Shown in pieces: positions 1 through 10,682 of a DNA stretch of 64,000 bases. How positions within the stretch are numbered: the stretch's first letter is position 1; every line of letters begins with the position of its first letter. The notes beneath the pieces are model-generated. The model was not told the DNA's origin, ran no database searches, and saw nothing but the letters and a program-made list of their open reading frames with translations. Source of the DNA: an uncultured Rivularia sp. (GTDB taxonomy: Bacteria > Cyanobacteriota > Cyanobacteriia > Cyanobacteriales > Nostocaceae); NCBI GenBank assembly GCA_963665115.1, contig OY762007.1, positions 6,176,001 through 6,240,000 on the forward strand, written 5' to 3'. Position numbers and translations under genes: made by a program.

Positions 1-2095
1 TAAATCAGCATCACCATTAATTTCTCTGAGTTTCGCAGCGTCAAAGGAGAAACTACCATCCGGTTGTAAATCAGCTAATACATCGACAAAGTTTTCTGTA
101 GCTGTATCGTCAAATTCTGCTTGGAAGGAAGTAATTTGACTGCTATCTGTTATGCTTCCAGAAACTTCGGGATTATTAGTAATTTTATCGCTATCGCTGC
201 TTCCGGTATCTGTTGTTAAAGAAGCTGTAATTATAGGAGCGGTCGTATCTTCCTCACCTAAATTTATATTGACACTAATTTCATTACTGTTTGTATTTCC
301 TGCTAAATCGGTAGTAGTAACAGTTAAAGTTTGAGTACCATTACTCAATCCCGTTAAATCCAACTCAACATCAAACTCACCATTTTCGTTAACGGGGACA
401 GTTACCGCATCACCACCGCTAAATTGATAACTTAAATTAGCAATTCCAGAACTAATTTCATCTAACTTACCCGTGAGTCTCACACCTTTGCTAAGAACGG
501 AATCTGTAAGCGGACTGGTAATATTTAACTGTGGTGCTACAGTATCAACAGTAAATTCTAAAGCTTCGGAAGCAGTACTTGTATTACCTGCTGCATCCGT
601 TACTTTCGCAGTAATTGACTGGACTCCATCAGCTAAAGCAACAGTAGTTATTTCCCAAGGACTATTTACTGTGGTTTCTCCAACAAGTTCTCCACCATTA
701 AATAACTCAACCTTGCTTCCAGATTCCGCTTCCCCGGTAATCGTAGGAGTATTATCGTTAGTAACGCTTCCGTCTACTCCAGATAAGCTTAATTTTGTCG
801 CTGCTTCCGTCTGTGTATCTAAGTTAAAAGCAAACGTTTCTGTATCTAAGACGTTACCAGAACTATCTTCTGCTTGCAGCGTTAAAGTGCGATCGCCATC
901 TGGTAAAGAACCATTATTAATCTGTTCTAACTTGTCCTTATCTAAGGAAAAAGAACCATCCGATTTTAAAGAATCTGAAATATCAACTAAACCATTAAAT
1001 CCAGCTTTGAAACTAGCAACCTGACTTGGATTGCTAATACTTCCACTTAAACTTGGGGTCGTTGGTAATCCCATCATTTGGACTAGAACCGGTATCGTTA
1101 ACTAAACCGATGCTAATTTCACTTGGTTCGTCAAAAGAATTATTCGTTTGAGCAAATTCGATTAACTCACCTCCCAATGGAGTTTCATACCAAGGATTAT
1201 CAGTATTAACTACATCAATCAAAGGAGTTGCTTTACCTGCTGCACCTTTGACATGGAAAATAATATCGTTGTAATCAGCGTCGGAGTTTTTATCTAAACG
1301 TAAATCCTCAATCCCAAACACACCACCGTCAACTGTACCATCCAATAATTGCATCATCTGAGTTGCATTACCGGGGTTAGCTGATGCTATGGAAAATAAA
1401 GGACGTTTATCACCATCTATTCCGGGATTATCAAATACATCTTGTACCTTACCCTGGGGAACCAGCATAAAAGCGAATTCATCCCCAGGATTCATCGAAA
1501 AACTTTTAATTCCCGAATAATTACCCGCGTTTTTATCGCTTTCTCCTAATTCTCCGGTAATTTTCGCTCCCTCGGAATCATCAGTAATGATAATATAACC
1601 GGACTCCGAATTGCTCAAAGCACGACTTGCAGTTTCTTTTATATATTCGGAGGAACCAGCAGTTAATCCCTCCATCCCAGCAAGACTGAAAACAGCGAAT
1701 TCACTCTTGTAACTACCAGCATCGAAGAGAAAATCAATAGTGAATTCACCAGTCGTGTTAACTGTAAATATTCCAGTTTCTAATGATTCTAAAGTTTTAC
1801 TTAAAGCAGCTTTTGGCTGTAAATTACCAATTAAAGGGTCAATAGAACCATCGCTGTTCAAACTACTCAAATTAATCGGAGCAATTTCAGAATCAGATAT
1901 TTCTCCCCTAAAATCTTCTTCCAAGGTAAGGGGAGTAATTTGGTTATTATCAAGCAATGAGTCTTGAAAGCTTCCGTCTGTGCTAGTATCCAGAGCTAAA
2001 ATATCGTTGTTTAAAAGGTTATTACCTGGTAACTGTGTATTTCCGGAAATATCGAAACCTTCAAAATATGGTACGGAGTTTTCTAGATTATCCAT
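1..2095 (-). CDS. Large surface/secreted protein, N-terminal part (DUF4114-like domain followed by Ig-like repeats); runs off the window; +1 frameshift near 1056
   Basis: ORF 1034..2095 has a FGIEDLR..SDADYNDIIF motif. Removing one G from the GGGG run near 1056 continues the frame as DPSLSGSISNPSQVASFKAGFNG into Ig-like repeats (L..DTG.SD.D.IT, TDLAGN). Confidence 0.7.
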
Positions 2096-2964
2096 TATTT
2101 TTTAATAAATATTATTGGGTTATCGCTGTAGAAGATTTCGACAAATACAACCTGTTTTCGTATTACGGACTTACGAAAAAGTTATAAAGCGATAAATTTT
2201 CTCTACTAATAACGAAAAAGGGAATTACTCCTTTACACAGTAATGAAAGGGAACTAATATTAGTTCTCTCAAACTTATAATCAGAAAAAATTAATACAAT
2301 CTCAGCCAAGATTAAAAAGAAAATAATCCTGACAACCAAATGAAATAATTAAATAACAGACATCATAATCACTCAAAACTACCTAAAATATTTATCAGTA
2401 GTTTTAATTTAATTGAACTATGTTACCAATCAAAATTTACATTCATCAGTTTGATATGTATCACTTTTAAATGAAAGTATCTTTTTTAACTTTTTACATT
2501 TATTTATTTACTATAAATAGAGAATAATGAATAATTCTAAAAATAAGCTAGAGAATGTAGACTAATCGGTATTTTTACCCATAAAGAGTTTTCTTGAAGC
2601 GATGGAAGTATGAATATATCTGATGTAGCTGTCACCGGTTGATGATGTTTAGGGAATAGTTTCTTCAATTTTTATTAGCGTATTCGGAATAATTTTACTC
2701 CTGATGGAAATGTGGATTTTGCAAACGTAGTTAAGTCATCTCTTAAGATAGAATACAACTACGCTGAAACTACATAATTCCAGAGGTTATTTTAGGCGGG
2801 TTTATTAATTACACAGCCATATTATCCGAAATGATAATATGGTAAAAAATTAAAATTGTCACTGCAAGCATTACAGCACCATTCGGCATTGTCGTGATGC
2901 GAAGGTTATCCACCGAGGCTGTAGTTTTGCACTGCATCAATAATAAGTATATACAAATACTTTA

Positions 2965-3996
2965 TAGCGTTTCTCAATCTAGTGAAGTACAGTAACAGCA
3001 ATGGGTAAACCAATTAAAAATATCTTTTAAGGAGACTTGGCTGAAAGCAGTATCAATGGCTTTTGCTAAATCTGGATAATTTCTAGCACCAATAGAACGT
3101 AGTATATTCTTAACCTTTGACCAACAATTTTCAATTGGCGAAAAATCAGGAGAATAAGGTGGTAAATAAATTAATTTAGCTCCAGCCGATTCAATTAATT
3201 TTTCAATCTGTGTACCTTTATGAATTGAACAATTGTCCATGATTACATAAGCATCTTCCCAAAGTTTTGGAACTAACTTTTGAGAGATATAAGCTTCAAA
3301 TGTGAGACCATCAGTTGCACCTAAAATACTATATTGACTAATTAAACCATTTAGACCTATTGCACCAATCATAGAAACATTTTGACTGCGTTTTTGAGGT
3401 CGAGAACTGTATGCTCTTTTACCTTTTTGTGCGCGAGCATGATTCCTTATTAAAGATAAATTGGCTCCTGCCTCGTCAAGGAATATAAGGTTTTCAGCAG
3501 ATACTCCATTAAGAAGGTTGCCAGAACTGAACTCTTAATAGCTGAACTCTTTCAGTATCTTTTTCATCAGCATGTAATGTTTTTTTTAAAGCGAATTTCC
3601 ATTCTTTTTAAGATTCTATCTACTGTAGAAATACTAATTTTTATCCCAGTCTTCTCACTAAGTTGCTCACGAATCTCCGATAAAGTAGCATCATTCTTAG
3701 CTTCTACTATTTCTTTCAGAATATTCAATTGTTGTTCATTTAGTTTTGATGGAGTTTGTTGGGTTCTTACTAAGGGAGCTATATTTCCCGTTTCTCTGTA
3801 TCGTTTGAGTAATTTTTCAATAAAGCTTAAAGTTACACAAAATCTTTTTGCTAATTGACGTTGTGATATTCCGCCTAGCTTATATGTATCAACTATTTTT
3901 TGGCGTAAGTCTATAGAATATGCTTTCATTCTTACCCTGGAATTAAGATGCACACTTTATTTTATTTAGTGTACTTCATTAGACCGAGAAAGGCTA
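2965..3996 (-). mobile_element. IS630-family insertion sequence, copy 1 (1032 bp)
   Basis: Imperfect 27-bp TIRs (TAGCGTTTCTCAATCTAGTGAAGTACA / TAGCCTTTCTCGGTCTAATGAAGTACA), TA at both flanks, HTH ORF (MKAYSIDLRQK) and DDE ORF (MDNCSIHK, LPPYSPDFSPIE), A8 slippery site. Confidence 0.95.
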
Positions 3997-6900
3997 TATT
4001 ACGGGGGGCTATCCGGAGAATGACCCCCGCCGCAAGCGCGTACAGGCGGGGATTCACGAGCAGTTTGTCAAGCTGCTTACAGCACTAGCGGAAGAATTGC
4101 AAAAACTAGGTGGTGCGGAATTACCTTCTTCTTGGATATCGGGTTTCTACGGTTCCGGTAAGTCGAGTTTTGCTAAGCTTTTGGGCTTGGCATTGGATAA
4201 TTTGATACTGCCCGATGGTCGTGTTTTGGCGGATGTATTACTAGCACGGGATGATTCGCCTAAAAGTCAGGATTTTCACAAGGCTTGGCAGCAAGTACGC
4301 AGTTTAATTGACCCCGATGGCTGTAGTCTTTGATATTGGTGCTGTGGCAAGGGATGATGAGCATATTCACTCGGCTGTTCGGCGACAAATTCAGGTACGT
4401 TTGGGTTACTGCACTATTAGTAATTATGTAGCCGAACACGAACTGAAGTTGGAACTGGATGGGAAGTGGGATGAATTTTTGAATTGTGCGGAGCAAACTT
4501 TGGGTGAAAGTTGGGATAAAGCGAAAAATGACCAACTTGCGGAGGAAGCTTTTTCGGAAGTAATGCACGCTATGAACCCCAATCGCTACATCGAACCGAT
4601 GAGTTGGCTGGATAGTCGGGCTGGAGTTCAAACTGGGATGGGAACGTCGGTGGAGGAAACTACCAGGGCTATTATTGAGATGTTGCGAATTCGCGCTGCT
4701 GGCAAAACTTTATTTGTGGTTATCGATGAAGTCAGTCAGTACGTGCATCAAAACGATAGTCGGATGCTCAAGCTTCAGTCGTTTGTTTCCGATTTGGGAC
4801 AAAAACTCAAAGGTAAAATTTGGTTGCTTGCAACTGGTCAGCAAAAGCTGGAGGATTCCGCAGATGAAAGCAGTATTGGTAAATTAAAAGACCGCTTTCC
4901 ACCTAAATTACGGGTTCATCTTGCTCCTACCAATATTCGGGATGTCGTTCACAAGCGGTTGCTCAAGAAGACTCCTAGTAAGGAAGTTGAATTACGAAGG
5001 CTGTTTCAACAGTACCGCACCGAGCTAAAGTTATACGGTTACAAGTGCGATTCGATTACGGAAGAAGATTTTGTGGAAGTATATCCAATGCTTCCGAGCT
5101 ATGTAGATTTACTGATGCAAATTACCTCGAATCTTCGCACCCGTTCTACTCGCGTCAAGGGTGATGACCATGCGATTCGTGGGTTGTTGCAGCTTTTGGG
5201 AGAGTTGTTTCGGGAGCAAAAATTAGGGGAGCAGGAATTAGGGGCTTTAGTAACAATTAATGCGATTTACGAAGTCCAACAATCAGCTTTGGATGCAGAC
5301 GTGCAGACTACTTTAGCGCGGTTGTTTAGCCATGAAGAGGTAACTAATGATGATATGGCAATCAAGGTTGCTAAAGCCGTAGCTTTATTAGAGTTAATTC
5401 AGGAACAAGAACCCACAACTGTTACTTTAGTTAGTCAATGTCTTTATTCTCAGTTGGGAATGGGTAATCAAGAATCAAATATTTTGCAAGCTTTAGAAAA
5501 ATTGCGAAGTTTGGGATTGCTTTCCTATTCGGATAAATTGGGTTATAAAATTCAAAGTTCTGCGGGACAGGAATGGCAGCGAGACAGGGATAGTTATAGC
5601 GTAACTCAAGATGCCATTACTACAATTGTTGCGGAAAAACTCAAGGCTTTACTGGGTACTGTTGAACGTCCCCGCTACAAAAATAAGTCTTTCCCTTGGG
5701 CAGCATATTACAGCGATGGCAGGCAGCGCAACGAAGAGCGCTTGCAAGTGCCAAACGACCCGGCAGTGTTAAATATTGATTTCCGCTATCTTATCAGCCA
5801 GAGCGACCGCGATTCAACCACTTGGGTACAAACCAGCAGCGGTAATAATTACAAAAATCGTCTGATTTGGGTTGTGGGTAAAAATGGTTCCCTAGTAGCA
5901 CAAGTCCGGGATTTGGAACGCTCTCGCCATATAATCAAGAAATACGATGCCCGCAAGCAATCATTAAATCCAGATAAACAGCGTTTGCTATTTGAAGAAC
6001 AAAGTCGCTGTGACAAGTTAGAAATAGAAGTGCAAGCAGCTATTTCCCAAGCGTTTATGGATGGTGAAATTTTCTTCCGGGGACGAACAATTGATAAGCA
6101 GCAGCACGGTACTAGTTTTGCAAGTGTTTTAGAGCGGGTGGGAGAAAGCATATTACCGGAAATATACAGTAATTATGTTGATGTAGCGGTAACTAATAGT
6201 GAATTAGTACAGCTTTTAGAACCAAATTTATCCGGACCATCCCATAAGTTTATGGGTAAAGTTCTGGGGATTTTAGAGCTAGATTCTGGTAAATATATTC
6301 CCACCTGTAGCGGTGAAGTTCCCAGTCGTATTTCTAGATACATTGGAGATTTGAATGGTGTTTCCGGTAGTCAGTTGTTAAATTACTTTGGTGCAGCGCC
6401 TTACGGGCATCCCGCTGATGTAGTTAAAGCTTGTTTGCTGGGATTATTACGGGGTTCAAAGTTGCGAATTAGACCCGATTCAGGAGATGAAATTACCTCT
6501 GTACGCGACCCAGGTACAAAAGATTTATTTACCAAAGACCGAGATTTAAAACGTGCCGATTTATTACCACCACAACAAGCGAATATATCTCCAAAGGATA
6601 GGGTAAAAATCTGTAAATTCTTTCAAGATGCGTTGAATATAGACCTTGACCGCGAAAACGATGCGATCGCAGATGCTGTATTTAATAATTTTCCTTCTGT
6701 ATCTAAGCGTTTGCAGTCCATAGAACGACGCTACAATCTCTTACCCAACCGTCCGGAGTTACCGGAGGTATTACAAAAACTGCGGGATGCATTAGAAAAA
6801 TCCATGCGATCGCGTCAAATTGAAGAAACGGTAATTAGTGTTAAAAAATATCTCGATGCTTTAAGGGATGGGATTCAGCAGCTTGGGATTATTGAAACCG

Positions 6901-7523
6901 ATTTGAACGATACCGCAGTTGCAGCAGTCAAACGGGCTATAGAGATTCGGGAGCATCAAGTAGCCCAACTTGAAGAAATTGAGGATGTTAAAGAAGTTGC
7001 AGTAGCTATAGAAGCTTTAGACGCACAACTTGAGCTAGAACGTCCTTGGCGGGATATTAGTAGTTTGGAACCTTATTTACAAGCAATTGAAAAATATTAT
7101 CAAGCAGTCAGATTGAAATTAATTGCACGTCAAGAACAACAAACTGAAGAAATTCGAGCCAGATTAAAACAACGTCCCGGCTATATTAAGCTTAGTGAGA
7201 AAAAAGCCGAATACGTATTGCGTCCAATTCAACAAGCATCCCCCGATACAACTGTTGATGCGATTTATCCCAGTTTACTCAAATTAAAGGACACCGCAGC
7301 CATTAATATTAAATCGGCAGAAGTAAAAGCAAATAGTATGCTTGATGATGTTTTATCGGAGGAAACCCAAGAAGAAATTATTCAATTACCGTTAAATTTG
7401 AGCGGTAGGGAAATAAGTACCCCGGAAGATGTGGAAGAGTTGGTTAATCAAATTAAACAAAGGCTTTTGAAACAGTTAAAAGCGAATACTCGGATTAGGA
7501 TAATTTCAGATGATTTAAATTGA
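3997..7523 (+). pseudogene. brxC: BREX type 6 P-loop ATPase BrxC, main body; first 37 codons displaced to 18300-18411; +1 frameshift near 4312
   Basis: Walker A GFYGSGKS in ORF 4097..4333 and Walker B FVVIDEVSQY in ORF 4308..7523; the reading frame begins directly at the IS end; BREX gene context. Confidence 0.85.
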
Positions 7524-7534
7524 AATTATTAGCA

Positions 7535-7690
7535 GGGAGTAGGGAATAGTTAGGAGTTAGGAGTTAGGAGTTAGGAATTAGGGAATAGGGGATAGTAGGT
7601 TGGGTTTCACTTTGTTCAACCCAACGATATGCTGGGTTATGCCCTTCCTTCGGGCACGCTGCGCTAACGTTCCTCAACCCAGCCTACAAT
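7535..7690. repeat. STRR-type (TTAGGAG)n repeats plus REP-like palindromes GTAGGTTGGGTT..AACCCAAC
   Basis: Visible tandem heptamers and inverted repeats in the brxC-pglX spacer. Confidence 0.7.
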
Positions 7691-7835
7691 TTTTCTGTAT
7701 CATCAAACCCTACTTCTAGGAATGAAATAGCTTTACCATTAGAATATTTTTTACCAGTCCTCTTCCAGAGGACTTACGCTATTAGGCTGGGACTTACAGT
7801 CCCAGACGAATTTAAACGCAGTCGAGACTTCCCTT

Positions 7836-8618
7836 ATGCCCTACCTTACCCCAGAAGCCAAATCTAAGCTATCAAGTACCATCCGCACGTTAAGGGAACG
7901 GTTACTGACGGATTTACACAATGCGGTAGATAGTGCTTATCAATTATCTATACCTTTACATAAAGCTGGATTATCGGAAGAAATGCGGGTAAAGCGACAG
8001 CGATTGGAAAACTGGCTGGAGGAACAATCCCGTAGCGAAAGACAGGGGAAAGAGAAGGATAAACAAGCAAGGGAACGCTATTTACGGACGGCTGAAAAGT
8101 TAGCTGCGGCAACTTTATTAAACCGTTTGGTGGTAATTAAACAAATGGAAGCCCATGAGTTAATTAAACCTGCGGTGGTAACTGGAGGTTGGCAAAGTCG
8201 GGGATATCGGGAATTTCGGGATTTTGCACCGGAGTTACTCAAGGACGAAAGTGAAGGCTATTCTATTCTTTTGCAGTTATTGTACGATGAGTTAGCCTTG
8301 GATTTACCGGGGTTATTTGGCAATGTGGGGGTGACGGTGTTAAAAGACCCTTCTCTAGCGGTTGCTCACGGCTGTTTCTGGAAATATCACCCTCAAAAAG
8401 CTTACGAATGGGAACTGCGGTTACAAGATGAAATAGCACCAGATTTTAAAATTAATGAAATTGATTCCGATAAATTGCGCGAACAATTTGAATTAGAGAA
8501 TCCCGAATTAGTTTTGGAGTTGAAAGAGAAGGAAGATAAAAGACGAGAAAGGAAGCGAAAAAAAGAAGAGTCAGATAATGATTTTAGTCTTGATATTAAA
8601 TTAGAAGAATCAGATTAA
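7836..8618 (+). pseudogene. pglX: BREX-6 PglX methyltransferase remnant (N- and C-termini fused in frame; catalytic core missing)
   Basis: Located after brxC. PglX-like N-terminus (TLLNRLVVIKQMEA..LALDLPGLFG); only 260 aa; no SAM-binding or NPPY motif. Confidence 0.7.
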
Positions 8619-8692
8619 AATGTAGATAATCTTTGTTTCCCTTCTCTTCGATTTGCTAGTTATTAAATTTACATTAATAAGCAATAATAATT

Positions 8693-9985
8693 ATGCGTAT
8701 TGAAAAGTTACACATCCAAAACTTTCGAGGATTTGAAGACATAACGCTCAATTTCCCTAAATCTAAAGTAGCGGTTTTTATCGGTATAAATGGTGCGGGT
8801 AAATCATCAATTTTAGATTGTATCGCGATGATGTTAGCTCAATTTGTCGCTGAGCTTCGCAATAAAACAGCAGATATTGAACCATCAGAAAATGATATTA
8901 AGATTAATTCTCAATCTACCGTCAATACTATAACTCTTTTAATAGAAGAAAATGAAAGAATCTCCTGGGAAATGATTGAAGAAGGTTTTTATAATCAAAA
9001 TTGTAGTAACCACGATGAAATTGAAAATTATATTCAACGTCTCCAAGAAAATTTAGAATCTCAACCGGATTTAAATTTACCCGTGATGGTTTACTATCAA
9101 ACTCATCGCATGGTTTTAAAAAATCCCTATACTTTCAGCCTCAGAAAAAATAAACAAGACGAATATTATCAATTTCAGGCTTACAACAAAGCATTCTCTA
9201 GCGCAATTAATAATTTTCAAGATTTTTTTGATTGGTTTAAAGAAGAAGAAGATTATGAAAATGAAATTCGATTAAGAGAAAATCCTGACTATAGAAATCC
9301 CAGATTAGAAATTATCAGAAGAGCTATCACTAATTTTTTTAATAATCTTTATCGCAATAATTTCTCTAACCTCAGAGTAGTTAGGTCAATATCAGAAAGG
9401 TTTATGAGAAACTCTGGTAAACCTTCATTGACAATCACTAAAAATAATCAAGATTTCAAAATCGAGCAACTATCTGACGGTGAGAAAATGTTATTAATGC
9501 TAGTCACCGATTTAGCGAGAAGATTAGCAATTGCAAATCCTAACTCAAATGATGCATTACTCAACGGTGAAGGAATAGTTTTAATTGACGAAATTGACCT
9601 GCATTTACATCCTCAATGGCAAAGAAGTGTGATTCCGAGTTTGACGCAAACCTTTCCCAACTGTCAATTTATCGTCACCACTCACTCACCACAAGTATTA
9701 AGCGAAGTTGAAAGAGAAAATGTATTTATTATAGAAAATTATCAAATAGTTGAGAATACACCTCATACTTATGGGAAAGATAGTAATTCTATTTTATATG
9801 AATTAATGGATGTAAAAAAAAGACCGGAAACGGTACAAAACCAAATAAATAATTGCTTAAAACTAATAAATGACGGTCATATAGAAACAGCCAAATCGGC
9901 TTTAAATGAATTATCTAATTTGTTAGGAGAAAATGATTCGGAAGTGGTTAGAGCAAATGCACTTATTGGTTTCTTAGGAGAATAA
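8693..9985 (+). CDS. ABC-type AAA ATPase, Septu/PtuA-like
   Basis: Walker A GINGAGKS, signature LSDGE, Walker B LIDEIDLHLHPQWQ, H-loop TTHSP; followed by an HNH gene. Confidence 0.8.
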   Translation: MRIEKLHIQNFRGFEDITLNFPKSKVAVFIGINGAGKSSILDCIAMMLAQFVAELRNKTADIEPSENDIKINSQSTVNTITLLIEENERISWEMIEEGFYNQNCSNHDEIENYIQRLQENLESQPDLNLPVMVYYQTHRMVLKNPYTFSLRKNKQDEYYQFQAYNKAFSSAINNFQDFFDWFKEEEDYENEIRLRENPDYRNPRLEIIRRAITNFFNNLYRNNFSNLRVVRSISERFMRNSGKPSLTITKNNQDFKIEQLSDGEKMLLMLVTDLARRLAIANPNSNDALLNGEGIVLIDEIDLHLHPQWQRSVIPSLTQTFPNCQFIVTTHSPQVLSEVERENVFIIENYQIVENTPHTYGKDSNSILYELMDVKKRPETVQNQINNCLKLINDGHIETAKSALNELSNLLGENDSEVVRANALIGFLGE

Positions 9986-10002
9986 TCGGCTGAAGTAATC
10001 AG

Positions 10003-10644
10003 ATGAAGCAAATTATCAAAAATCAAGAGCCAAAATCATTACTGGAACATCGCTTACAACCGTTTGCAGATTATGATAATTATCCTCAAAAGGAAGAATT
10101 AAGAGATTCGCTATTAACTGAACAAGGTCATATTTGTTGCTACTGTATGCAACGAATTAAGAAAGATGAAATGAAAATCGAACATTGGCGTTCTCAAGAC
10201 GAATATCCAAATTTACAATTAGATTATAATAACTTACTTGGTGCTTGTGAAGGTGGTCAAGGTTTCCCAAAACATTTACAACATTGCGACACCAAAAAAG
10301 GAAATGAAAAACTAACTATAAATCCTATTGATAATCTAAAAAATTGCGAAAATTTAATTAAATATCTCCCCAATGGAATAATCTACTCAGACGATACAGC
10401 TATAAATAATGAATTAAATCAAGTATTAAATTTGAATATACAAACTTTAGTAAATAATCGTAAAGTAATCCTAGACATTCTTATTAAACAATTAAAAAGC
10501 GAGCAACCAAAGGGAGATTGGACAGCAGCGATGTTAAATAAGAAAATTAAAGAATGGAGCGATCAACAAGAAGATGGGAAATATCAACCATTATGTCAAA
10601 TAGCTATTTACTACCTAAAAAAGAAATTATCAAAGCTTAAATAA
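10003..10644 (+). CDS. HNH endonuclease, PtuB/TIGR02646-like
   Basis: EQGHICCYC..IEHW..LDYNNLLGAC..HCDTKK..INP motif; downstream of a PtuA-like ATPase. Confidence 0.8.
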   Translation: MKQIIKNQEPKSLLEHRLQPFADYDNYPQKEELRDSLLTEQGHICCYCMQRIKKDEMKIEHWRSQDEYPNLQLDYNNLLGACEGGQGFPKHLQHCDTKKGNEKLTINPIDNLKNCENLIKYLPNGIIYSDDTAINNELNQVLNLNIQTLVNNRKVILDILIKQLKSEQPKGDWTAAMLNKKIKEWSDQQEDGKYQPLCQIAIYYLKKKLSKLK

Positions 10645-10682
10645 GGGTTTAAAATAAGCAAGGCTAACCAAACAAACAGTAT

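Noticed and set aside
152..1967. Plus-strand ORFs 152..334, 473..1024 and 1740..1967
   Set aside because: Antisense shadows of the minus-strand Ig-repeat gene.
8620..8692. Possible retron ncRNA/RT associated with PtuAB
   Set aside because: No reverse transcriptase in the window and no msr-msd-like inverted repeats in the short AT-rich spacer.
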